54,953 bases of DNA, from assembly GCA_038087875.1 (NCBI GenBank), contig JAXLNO010000453.1, positions 1 through 54,953 of the forward strand. Direction: 5' to 3'. The position numbers and the translations under genes are program-made. This document shows positions 1-11,400 of the stretch, in pieces (within the stretch, counting starts at the first letter, position 1; every line of letters starts with the position of its first letter). This DNA comes from Malacoraja senta (lineage: Eukaryota). The notes under the pieces are model-generated. The model ran no database searches, was not told the origin of the DNA, and was given only the letters and a program-made list of their open reading frames with translations.

Positions 1-110
1 GAACGGGATACTGATTGGGAATGATCAGCCACGATCACTTTGAATGGCGGTGCTGGCTCGAAGGGCCAAATGGCCTACTCCAGCACCTATTGTCTATTGT
101 CTGTTATCTA
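1..110 (+). mobile_element. CR1-clade (HER1-like) LINE 3' end; 5' part lies outside the window
   Basis: Matches the 3' ends of the other two CR1 copies here (GATCAGCCA..GAATGGCGGTGC..CGAAGGGCC..ATGGCCTACTCC..CACCTATT) and ends in a TCTATTG-type simple-repeat tail. Confidence 0.85.
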
Positions 111-155
111 AATGTTGCAATTTTACTCCTCCAGACTACCTTTTAAAGCCACTAC

Positions 156-483
156 CTTGGCTTTTAAAGACTTTTCAGAAAATGTGTTGGTTGTAGAGTG
201 TTTGCCAAATTGTCTTGGCTTTCAAAGAGTTTTCAGAAAATGTTTTGGTTGTAGAGTGTTTGCCAAATTGTCTTGGCATTTAAAGAATGTTCAGAAAATG
301 TGTTGGTTGTAGAGTGTTTGCCAAATAGTCTTGGCTTTTAAAGAGTTTTCAGAAAATGTGTTGGTTGTAGAGTGTTTACCAAATTGTCTTGGCTTTTAAA
401 GAGTATTCAGAAAATGTGATGGTTGTAGAGTGTTTGCCAAATTGTTTTGGCTTTTAAAGAGTTTTCAGAAAATGTGTTGGTTG
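156..483. repeat. 58-bp minisatellite, about 5.6 copies
   Basis: GTAGAGTGTTT recurs at 193, 251, 309, 367 and 425 (period 58); unit approx. GTAGAGTGTTTGCCAAATTGTCTTGGCTTTTAAAGAGTTTTCAGAAAATGTGTTGGTT. Confidence 0.95.
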
Positions 484-670
484 AAAGTGGACATTTTTCA
501 TCGGGCTGGAAAAAATGCCCCGACTTACCTGATGCCAAGAGTACCTACGTCTGACATTGCGAGCCGCTACGATATGTCCACGGACTCCTACGGACCCGAT
601 GCGGACATTCTCCAACTTTGAATCTCGGGAGAATTCGCGAGCAGCTCAGGAAAGTGGGACAGGCCCTTTA
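484..670. mobile_element. Right end of a putative PIF/Harbinger-type non-autonomous DNA transposon (MITE)
   Basis: CpG-rich segment ending AGTGGGACAGGCCCT (653-667) followed by TTA, the PIF/Harbinger target trinucleotide. The partner TIR is not in the window; family assignment is from recall of similar fish elements. Confidence 0.55.
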
Positions 671-727
671 TTCTCCTTCACGCTCGAGACTAGTCCCCGC
701 GTACTCGAGGCCTCAGCTAGATCGTGG

Positions 728-1239
728 AAATATACGCAGGGAGGTTCTACTGCAGTTGTACAGGGTCTTGGTGAGACCACACCTGGAGTATTGCGTACAG
801 TATTGGTCACCAAATCTGAAGAAAGACATTCTTGCCATAGAGGGAGTACAGAGAAGGTTCACCAGACTGATTCCTGGAATGTCAGGACTTTCATATGAGG
901 AAAGACTAGATGCAGGAAGATTGTTCCCGATGTTGGGGAAGTCCAGGACAAGGGGTCACACAGTTTAAGGATAAGTGGGAAGTCTTTTAGGACTGACATT
1001 TTTCATACAGAGAGTGGTGAATCTGTGGAATTCTCTGCCACAGAAGGTACTTGAGGCCAGTTCATGGGCTATATTTAAGAGGGAGTTAGATGTGGCTAAA
1101 GGGATCAGGGGGTATGGAGAGAAGGCAGGTACAGGATACTGAGTTGGATGATCAGCCATGATCATATTGAATGGCGGTGCAGGGTCGAAGGGCCGAATGG
1201 TCTACTCCTGCACCTATTGTCTATGTTTCTATGTTTCTA
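728..1239 (+). mobile_element. 5'-truncated CR1-clade LINE (ORF2 C-terminus plus 3'UTR), decayed
   Basis: Translation EVLLQLYRVLVRPHLEYCVQYWSPNLKKDILAIEGVQRRFTRLIPGMSGLSYEERL..SRTRGH is the characteristic CR1 ORF2 post-RT region; ends in a (TCTATGTT)n octamer tail; frameshifts and internal deletions present. Confidence 0.93.
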
Positions 1240-1453
1240 ACATGTTGAAAAGTGCCCGCGAGTAAAAAAAAGGTTGCCATGGAAAAAATCGCTAATTTTT
1301 ACTTGTAGCTTTGGTCGAAGTAGGTTGGCATGTTAGTCGTAGGTAATCGAGGATAGTCATAGGTTGTTGTAGAGTCTTCATCATAGTTGAAGGGTGGTCG
1401 AAGGAGGTCGTATTCACTATTCAGTGTCCAATTTCCCCGAAGTAGGTCTTCAA

Positions 1454-2284
1454 CATAGAAACTAGAAAATAGGTGCAGGAGGAGGCCATTCGGCCCTTCG
1501 AGCCAGCACCGCCATTCATTGTGATCATGGCCGATCGTCCCCTATCAATAACCCGTGCCTGCCTTCTCCCCATATCCCTTGACTCCACTAGCCCCTAGAG
1601 CTCTATCTAACTCTCTCTTAAATCCATCCAGTGACTTGGCCTCCACCACCCTCTGTGGCAGGGAATTCCACAGATTCACAACACTCTGGGTGGGAAAGTT
1701 TCTCCTCGTCTCAGTCCCAAATGGCACAGATTCACAACTCTCTGGGTGGAAAAGTTTCTCCTCATCTCTGTCCAAATGGCCACAGACTCACAACTCTCTT
1801 GGTGGGAAAGTTTCTCCTCATCTCAGTCCCAAATGGCAACAGATTCACGACTCTCTGGGTGGAAAAGTTTCTCATCATCACAGTCCCAAATGGCCACAGA
1901 TTCACAACTCTCTGGGTGAAAAAGTTTCTCCGCATCTCAGTCCCAAATGGCCACAGATTCACAACTCTCTGCGTGGAAAAGTTTTTTCTCACCTCAGTCT
2001 TAAATGACCTCCCCTTTATTCTAAGGCTGTGGCCCCCAGTTCTGGACTCGCCCAACATTGGGAACATTTTTCCTGCATGTAGCTTGTCCAGTCCTTTTAT
2101 AATTTTATATGTTTCTATAAGAACCCCCCCCTCATCCTTCTAAACTCCAGTGAATACAAGCCTAGTCTTTTCAATCTTTCCTCATATGACAGTCCCGCCA
2201 TCCCAGTGATCAATATGGTGAACCTACGCTGCACTGCCTCAATCACAAGGATGTCCTTCCTCAAATTAGGAGACCAAAACTGTA
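1454..2284 (-). mobile_element. 5'-truncated CR1-clade LINE, antisense
   Basis: Minus strand encodes QFWSPNLRKDIL..., MFPMLGESRTGGHSLRIKGRSFKTEVRKNFSTQRVVNLW and NSLPQRVVEAKSLDGFKRELD; reverse-complement tail CATAGAAACTAGAAA at 1454-1468. Confidence 0.93.
1669..2008. repeat. 56-57-bp tandem repeat, 6 copies, inside CR1 ORF2
   Basis: CACAGATTCAC-like starts at 1669, 1725, 1781, 1838, 1895 and 1952. Confidence 0.95.
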
Positions 2285-2380
2285 GTAGAAGGAGGTTGAA
2301 AGAGGTCTTCTACCTAATCGAACAAGGTCTTCAACATGTCACTTAAAAAAAACTCCTAAACTATTCTAAACTCACCAATT

Positions 2381-2433
2381 AGTCGGGCCTGAGCCGAGAA
2401 TTCGGGCCTGAGTCCAGAAGTTGGGCCTGAGTC
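2381..2433 (-). repeat. About three inverted monomers of the 19-bp satellite
   Basis: AGTCGGGCCTGAGCCGAGA ATTCGGGCCTGAGTCCAGA AGTTGGGCCTGAGTC is the reverse complement of the GACTCAGGCCC(C/G)ACTTCT(A/G) unit. Confidence 0.9.
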
Positions 2434-5400
2434 CCGACTTCCAGACTCAGGCCCGACTTCTGGATCCAGGCCCCACTTCTAGACCCAGGCCCCACTTCTA
2501 GACCCAGGCCCCACTTCTTGACCCAGGCCCCACTTCTGGACCCAGCCCCAACTTCTAGACTCAGGCCCCACTTCTAGACTCAGGCCCGATTCCTGGCCCC
2601 TGGTCCCACTTCTAGACTCAGGCCCCACTTCTAGACTCAGGCCCCACTTCTAGACCCAGGCCCTACTTCTAGACTCAGGCCCCACTTCTAGACCCAGGCC
2701 CCACTTCTAGACACAGGCCCCACTTCTAGACCCAGGCCCCATTTCTAGACTCAGGCCCCACTTCTAGACTCAGGCCTGACTTCTAGACTCAGGCCCCACT
2801 TCAGGACACAGGCCCCATTTCTAGACTCAGGCCCCACTTCTAGACCCAGGCCACACTTCTAGACCCAGGCCCCACTTCTAGACCCAGGCCCCACTTCCTG
2901 ACTCAGGCCACACTTCTAGACTCAGGCCCCACTTCCTGACTCAGGCCCCACTTCTAGACTCAGGCCACACTTCTAGGCCCAGGTCCCAGGCCCCACTTCT
3001 AGACTCAGGCCCCACTTCTAGACCCAGACCCCACTTCCTGTCTCAGGCCCCACTTCTAGACTCAGGCCCCACTTCCTGACTCAGGCCCCACTTCCTGACC
3101 CAGGACCCACTTCTAGACTCAGGCCCCACTTCTAGACCCAGGCCCTACTTCTAGACTCAGGCCCCACTTCTAGACCCAGGCCCCACTTCTAGACACAGGC
3201 CCCACTTCTAGACCCAGGCCCCATTTCTAGACTCAGGCCCCACTTCTAGACTCAGGCCTGACTTCTAGACTCAGGCCCCACTTCAGGACACAGGCCCCAT
3301 TTCTAGACTCAGGCCCCACTTCTAGACCCAGGCCACACTTCTAGACCCAGGCCCCACTTCTAGACCCAGGCCCCACTTCCTGACTCAGGCCACACTTCTA
3401 GACTCAGGCCCCACTTCCTGACTCAGGCCCCACTTCTAGACTCAGGCCACACTTCTAGGCCCAGGTCCCAGGCCCCACTTCTAGACTCAGGCCCCACTTC
3501 TAGACCCAGACCCCACTTCCTGTCTCAGGCCCCACTTCTAGACTCAGGCCCCACTTCCTGACTCAGGCCCCACTTCCTGACCCAGGACCCACTTCTAGAC
3601 TCAGGCCCGACTTCTAGACTCAGGCCCCACTTCTAGACTCAGGCCCCACTTCTAGACTCAGGCCCCACTTGGAGACTCAGGCACCACTTCTAGTTCCAGG
3701 CCCCACTTCTAGACTCAGGCCCCACTTCTAGACGCAGGCCCCACTTCTAGACTCAGGCCCCACTTCTAGACTCAGGCCCCACTTCTAGACCCAGGCCACA
3801 CTTCTAGACCCAGGCCCCACTTCTAGACTCAGACCCCACTTCTAGACTCCGGCCCCACTTCTGGACCCAGGCCCCACTTCTAGACCCAGGCCCCACTTCT
3901 AGATCCAGGCCCCACTTCTAGACCCAGGCCCCACTTCTAGACTCAGGCCCCACTTCTAGACCCAGGCCCCACTTCTAGTCTCAGGCCCCACTTCTAGACT
4001 CAGGCCCCACTTCTAGACTCAGGCCCCACTTGTCGACACAGGCTCCACTTCTAGACTCAGGCCCCACTTCTGGACCCAGGCCCAACTTCTAGACTCAGGC
4101 TCCACTTCTAGACCCAGGCCCCACTTGTAGACTCAGGCCCCACTTCTGGACTCAGGCTCCACTTCTGGACTCAGGCCCCACTTCTTGACACAGGCTCCAC
4201 TTCTAGACTCAGGCCCCACTTCTGGACCCAGGCCCACTTCTAGACTCAGGCCCCAATTCTAGACCCAGGCCCCACTTGTAGACTCATGCCCCACTTGGAG
4301 ACTCAGGCACCACTTCTAGTTCCAGGCCCCACTTCTAGACTCAGGCCCCACTTCTAGACGCAGGCCCCACTTCTAGACTCAGGCCCCACTTCTAGACTCA
4401 GGCCCCACTTCTAGACCCAGGCCACACTTCTAGACCCAGGCCCCACTTCTAGACTCAGACCCCACTTCTAGACTCCGGCCCCACTTCTGGACCCAGGCCC
4501 CACTTCTAGACCCAGGCCCCACTTCTAGATCCAGGCCCCACTTCTAGACCCAGGCCCCACTTCTAGACTCAGGCCCCACTTCTAGACCCAGGCCCCACTT
4601 CTAGTCTCAGGCCCCACTTCTAGACTCAGGCCCCACTTCTAGACTCAGGCCCCACTTGTCGACACAGGCTCCACTTCTAGACTCAGGCCCCACTTCTGGA
4701 CCCAGGCCCAACTTCTAGACTCAGGCCCCACTTCTAGACCCAGGCCCCACTTGTAGACTCAGGCCCCACTTCTGGACTCAGGCTCCACTTCTGGACTCAG
4801 GCCCCACTTCTTGACACAGGCTCCACTTCTAGACTCAGGCCCCACTTCTGGACCCAGGCCCAACTTCTAGACTCAGGCCCCAATTCTAGACCCAGGCCCC
4901 ACTTCTAGACTCAGGCCCCACTTCTAGACCCAGGCCACACTTCTAGACCCAGGCCCCACTTCTAGACTCAGGCACCACTTCTAGTTCCAGGCCCCACTTC
5001 TAGACTCAGGCCCCACTTCTAGACGCAGGCCCCACTTCTAGACTCAGGCCCCACTTCTAGACTCAGGCCCCACTTCTAGACCCAGGCCACACTTCTAGAC
5101 CCAGGCCCCACTTCCAGATCCAGGCCCCACTTCTAGACCCAGGCCCCACTTCTAGACTCAGGCCCCACTTCTAGACCCAGGCCCCACTTCTAGTCTCAGG
5201 CCCCACTTCTAGACTCAGGCCCCACTTCTAGACCCAGGCCCCACTTCTAGACTCAGGCCCCACTTCTAGACCCAGGCCCCACTTCTAGACCCAGGCCCCA
5301 CTTCTTGACTCAGGCCGCACTTCTAGACTCAGGCCCTACTTCTAGACGCAGGCCCCACTTCAGGACTCAGGCCCCACTTCTAGACCCAGGCCACACTTCT

Positions 5401-8400
5401 AGACCCAGGCCCCACTTCTAGGCTCAGGCCCCACTTCTAGACTCAGGCCCCACTTCTAGACTCAGGCCCCACTTCTAGACTCAGGCCCCACTTCCTGACT
5501 CAGGCCCCACTTCTAGACTCAGGCCCCACTTCTAGACCCAGGCCCCACTTCTAGACTCAGGCCCCACTTCAAGACCCAGGCCCCATTTCTAGACTCAGGC
5601 CCCACTTCTAGACTCAGGCCCCACCTGGACTCAGGCCCCACTTTTAGACTCAGGCCCCACTTTTAGACCCAGGCCCCACTTCTAGACTCAGGCCCCACTT
5701 CTAGACTCAGGCCCCACTTCCTGACTCAGGCCGCACTTCTAGACTCAGACCCTACTTCTAGACGCAGGCCCCACTTCGGGACTCAGGCCCCACTTCTAGA
5801 CCCAGGCCACACTTCTAGACCCAGGCCCCACTTCTAGGCTCAGGCCCCACTTCTAGACTCAGGCCCCTCTTCTAGACTCAGGCCCCACTTCTAGACTCAG
5901 GCCCCACTTCCTGACTCAGGCCCCACTTCTAGACTCAGGCCCCACTTCTAGACCCAGGCCCCACTTCTAGACTCAGGCCCCACTTCAAGACCCAGGCCCC
6001 ATTTCTAAACTCAGGCCCCACTTCGAGACTCAGGCCCCACTTCTAGACCCAGGCCCCACTTCTAGACTCAGGCTCCACTTCTGGACTCAGGCCCCACTTT
6101 TAGACTCAGGCCCCACTTTCAGACCCAGGCCCCACTTCTAGACTCAGGCCCCACTTCTAGACTCAGGCCCCACTTCCTGACTCAGGCCCCACTTCTAGAC
6201 TCAGGCCCCACTTCTAGACCCAGGCCCCACTTCTAGACTCAGGCCCCACTTCTAGACTCAGGCCCGACTTCTAGACGCAGGCCCCACATCAGGACTCAGG
6301 CCCCACTTGTAGACTCAGGCCCCACTTCTAGACTCAGGCCCCACTTCTAGACCCAGGCCCCACTTCTAGACACAGCCCCCACTTCTAGACCCAGGCCACA
6401 CTTCTAGACCCAGGCCCCACTTCTAGGCTCAGGCCCCACTTCTAGACTCAGGCCCCAGTTCTAGACCTAGGCCCCACTTCTAGACTCAGGCCCCACTTCC
6501 TGACTCAGGCCCCACTTCTAGACTCAGGCCCCACTTCTAGATCCAGGCCCCACTTCTAGACTCAGGCCCCACTTCAAGACCCAGGCCCCATTTCTAGACT
6601 CAGGCCCCACTTCTAGACTCAGGCCCCACTTCTAGACCCAGGCCCCACTTCTAGACTCAGGCCCCACTTCTGGACTCAGGCCCCACTTTTAGACTCAGGC
6701 CCCACTTTTAGACCCAGGCCCCACTTCTAGACTCAGGCCCCACTTCTAGACTCAGGCCCCACTTCCTGACTCAGGCCCCACTTCTAGACTCAGGACCCAC
6801 TTCTAGACCCAGGCCCCACTTCTAGACTCAGGCCCCACTTCTAGACCCAGGCCCCATTTCTAGACTCAGGCCCCACTTCTAGACTCAGGCCCGACTTCTA
6901 GACGCAGGCCCCACATCAGGACTCAGGCCCCACTTGTAGACTCAGGCCCCACTTCTAGACTCAGGCCCCACTTCTAGACCCAGGCCCCACTTCTTGACAC
7001 AGGCCCCACTTCTAGACCCAGGCCACACTTCTAGACCCAGGCCCCAATTCTAGGCTCAGGCCCCACTTCTAGACGGGCCCCAGTTCTAGACCCAGACCCC
7101 ACTTCTAGACTCAGGCCCCACTTCCTGACTCAGGCCCCACTTCTAGACCCAGGCCCCACTTCTAGACTCAGGCCCCACTTCCTGACTCAGGCCCCACTTC
7201 TGGACTCAGGCCCCACTTCCTGACTCAGGCCCCAATTCTAGACTCAGGCCCCACTTCCTGACTCAGGCCCCACTTCTAGACCCAGGCCCCACTTCTAGAC
7301 CCAGGCCCCACTTCTAGACTCAGGCCCCACTTTTAGACTCAGGCCCCACTTCTAGACTCAGGCCCCACTTCTAGACCCAGGCCCCACTTGTAGACTCAGG
7401 CACCACTTCTAGACTCAGGCCCCACTTCCTGACTCAGGCCCCACTTCTAGACTCAGGCCCCACTTCTAGACTCAGGCCCCACTTCCTGACTCAGGCCCCA
7501 CTTCTAGACTCAGGCCCCACTTCTAGACTCAGGCCCGACTTCTAGACTCAGGCCCCACTTCTAGACCCAGGCCCCACTTCTGGACTCAGGCCCCACTTCT
7601 AGACCCAGGCCCCACTTCTAGACTCAGGCCCCACTTCTAGACCCAGGCCCCACTTCTAGACTCAGGCCCCAATTCTAAACTCAGGCCCCACTTCTAGACT
7701 CAGGCCCCACTTCTAGTCTCAGGCCCCACTTCTAGACTCAGGCCCCACTTCTGGACTCAGGCCCCACTTTTAGACTCAGGCCACACTTTTAGACCCAGGC
7801 CCCACTTCTAGACTCAGGCCCCACTTCCTGACTCAGGCCCCACTTCTGGACTCAGGCCCCACTTCTAGACCCAGGCCCCACTTCTAGACTCAGGCCCCAC
7901 TTCTAGACCCAGGCCCCACTTCTAGACTCAGGCCCCAATTCTAAACTCAGGCCCCACTTCTAGACTCAGGCCCCACTTCTAGTCTCAGGCCCCACTTCTA
8001 GACTCAGGCCCCACTTCTGGACTCAGGCCTCACTTTTAGACTCAGGCCACACTTTTAGACCCAGGCCCCACTTCTAGACTCAGGCCCCAATTCCTGACTC
8101 AGGCCCCACTTCTAGACTCAGGCGCCACTTCTAGACTCAGGCCCCACTTCCTGACTCAGGCCCCACTTCTAGACTCAGGCCCCACTTCTAGACTCAGGAC
8201 CCACTTCTAGACCCAGGCCCCACTTCTAGACTCAGGCCCCACTTCTAGACCCAGGCCCCATTTCTAGACTCAGGCCCCACTTCAGGACTCAGGCCCCACT
8301 TCTAGACCCAGGCCACACTTCTAGACCCATGCCCCACTTCTAGGCTCAGGCCCCACTTCTAGACTCAGGCCCCACTTCTAGACTCAGGCCCCACTTCTCG

Positions 8401-11400
8401 ACACAGGCTCCACTTCTAGACTCAGGCCCCACTTCTGGACCCAGGCCCAACTTCTAGACTCAGGCCCCACTTCTGGACCCAGGCCCCACTTGTAGACTCA
8501 GGCCCCACTTCTGGACTCAGGCCCCACTTCTGGACTCAGGCCCCACTTCTTGACACAGGCTCCACTTCTAGACTCAGGCCCCACTTCTGGACCCAGGCCC
8601 AACTTCTAGACTCAGGCCCCACTTCTAGACCCAGGCCCCATTTCTAGACTCAGGCCCCACTTCTAGACTCAGGCCCGACTTCTAGACGCAGGCCTCACTT
8701 CAGGACTCAGGCCCCACTTCTAGACCCAGGCCACACTTCTAGACCCAGGCCCCACTTCCTGACTCAGGCCCCACTTCTAGACTCAGGCCCCACTTCTAGA
8801 CTCAGGCCCCACTTCTAGACCCAGGCCCCACTTCTAGACTCAGGCCCCACATCTAGACCCAGGCCACACTTCTAGACCCAGGCCCCACTTCTAGACTCAG
8901 GCCCCACTTCTGGACTCAGGCCCCACTTCTAGACTCAGGCCCCACTTCTAGACCCATGCCCCACTTCTAGACCCAGGCCCCACTTCTAGATCCAGGCCCC
9001 ACTTCTAGACTCAGGCCCCACTTCTGGACCCAGGCACCACTTCTGGACCCAGGCCCCACTTCTAGATCCAGGCCCCACTTCTAGACCCAGGCCCCACTTC
9101 TAGACTCACGCCCCACTTCTAGACCCAAGCCCCACTTCTAGTCTCAGGCCCCACTTCTAGACCCAGGCCACACTTCTAGACCCAGGCCCCACTTCCTGAC
9201 TCAGGCCCCACTTCTAGACTCAGGCCCCACTTCTAGACCCAGGCCCCACTTCTAGACCCAGGCCCCACTTCTAGACCCAGGCCCCACTTCTAGACTCAGG
9301 CCCCACTTCTAGACCCAGGCCCCACTTCTAGACTCAGGCCCCACTTCTAGACCCAGGCCCCACTTCTAGACCCAGGCCCCACTTCTAGATCCAGGCCCCA
9401 CTTCTAGACTCAGGCCCCACTTCTGGACCCAGGCCCCACTTCTAGACCCAGGCCACATTTCGAGATCCAGGCCCCACTTCTAGACCCAGGCCCCACTTCT
9501 AGACTCAGGCCCCACTTCTAGACCCAGGCCCCACTTCTAGTCTCAGGCCCCACTTCTAGACTCAGGCCCCACTTCTAGACTCAGGCCCCACTTCGAGACT
9601 CAGGCCCCACTTCTAGACTCAGGCCCCACTTCCAGACTCAGGCCCCACTTCTAGACTCAGGCCCCATTTCTAGACCCAGGCCCCACCTAGACTCAGGCCC
9701 CACTTCTAGACTCAGGCCCCACTTCTAGACCCAGGCCCCAATTTTAGTCTCAGGCCCCACTTCTAGACTCAGGCCCCAATTCTAGACCCAGGCCCCACTT
9801 CTAGACTCAGGCCCCACTTCTAGACCCAGGCCCCACTTCTAGACTCAGGCCACACTTTTAGACCCAGGCCCCACTTCCAGACTCAGGCCCCACTTCTAGA
9901 CTCAGGCCCCACTTCCTGACTCAGGCCCCACTTCTAGACTAAGGACCCACTTCTAGACCCAGGCCCCACTTCTAGACTCAGGCCCCACTTCTAGACCCAG
10001 GCCCCACTTTTAGACTCAGGCCCCACTTCTAGACTCAGGCCCCACTTCTAGACTCAGGCCCCACTTCTAGACCCAGGCCCCACTTCTAGACTCAGGCCAC
10101 ACTTTTAGACCCAGGCCCCACTTCTAGACTCAGGCCCCACTTCTAGACTCAGGCCCCACTTCCTGACTCAGGCCCCACTTCTAGACTCAGGACCCACTTC
10201 TAGACCCAGGCCCCACTTCTAGACTCAGGCCCCACTTCTAGACCCAGGCCCCACTTTTAGAATCAGGCCCCACTTCTAGACTCAGGCCCCACTTCTAGAC
10301 TCAGGCCCCACTTCTAGACCCAGGCCACACTTCTAGACTCAGGCCCCACTTCTAGACTCAGGCCCCACTTCTAGACTCAGGCCACACTTCTAGACCCAGG
10401 CCCCACTTCTAGACTCAGGCCCCACTTCTAGACCCAGGCCCCACTTCTAGACTCAGGCCACACTTTTAGACCCAGGCCCCACTTCTAGACTCAGGCCCCA
10501 CTTCTAGACTCAGGCCCCACTTCCTGACTCAGGCCCCACTTCTAGACTCAGGCCCCACTTCCTGACTCAGGCCCCACTTCTAGACTCAGGACCCACTTCT
10601 AGACCCAGGCCCCACTTCTAGACTCAGGCCCCACTTCTAGACCCAGGCCCCACTTTTAGACTCAGGCCCCACTTCTAGACTCAGGCCCCACTTCTAGACT
10701 CAGGCCCCACTTCTAGACCCAGGCCACACTTCTAGACTCAGGCCCCACTTCTAGACTCAGGCCCCACTTCTAGACTCAGGCCCCACTTCTAGACCCAGGC
10801 CCCACTTCTAGACTCAGGCCCCACTTCTGGACCCAGGCCCCACTTCTAGACCCAGGCCCCACTTCTAGATCCAGGCCCCACTTCTAGACCCAGGCCCCAC
10901 TTCTAGACTCAGGCCCCACTTCTAGACCCAGGCCCCACTTCTAGTCTCAGGCCCCACTTCTAGACTCAGGCCCCACTTCTAGACTCAGGCCCCACTTCGA
11001 GACTCAGGCCCCACTTCTAGACTCAGGCCCCACTTCCAGACTCAGGCCCCACTTCTAGACTCAGGCCCCATTTCTAGACCCAGGCCCCACTTCTAGACTC
11101 AGGCCCCACTTCTAGACTCAGGCCCCACTTCTAGACCCAGGCCCCACTTCTAGTCTCAGGCCCCACTTCTAGACTCAGGCCCCACTTCTAGACTCAGGCC
11201 CCACTTCTAGACCCAGGCCCCACTTTTAGACTCAGGCGCCACTTCTAGACCCAGGCCCCACTTCTAGACTCAGGCCACACTTTTAGACCCAGGCCCCACT
11301 TCTAGACTCAGGCCCCACTTCTAGACTCAGGCCCCACTTCCTGACTCAGGCCCCACTTCTAGACTCAGGACCCACTTCTAGACCCAGGCCCCACTTCTAG

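Larger units (their letters stand above)
671..2380. mobile_element. Second MITE-like element split into three pieces (671-727, 1240-1453, 2285-2380) by two CR1 insertions
   Basis: Pieces 2 and 3 share GGTCTTCAACAT (1445 and ~2326) and GGTCGAAG/AGGAGGT short motifs; piece 1 is joined by inference; non-coding. Confidence 0.45.

Noticed and set aside
112..898. Short ORFs 112-312, 430-621 and 557-898 as genes
   Set aside because: They read through a minisatellite, MITE pieces and an off-frame of CR1; no recognisable domain.
1555..2143. Plus-strand repetitive ORFs of 150 and 170 aa
   Set aside because: Antisense to CR1 ORF2, lengthened by the 57-bp tandem repeat.
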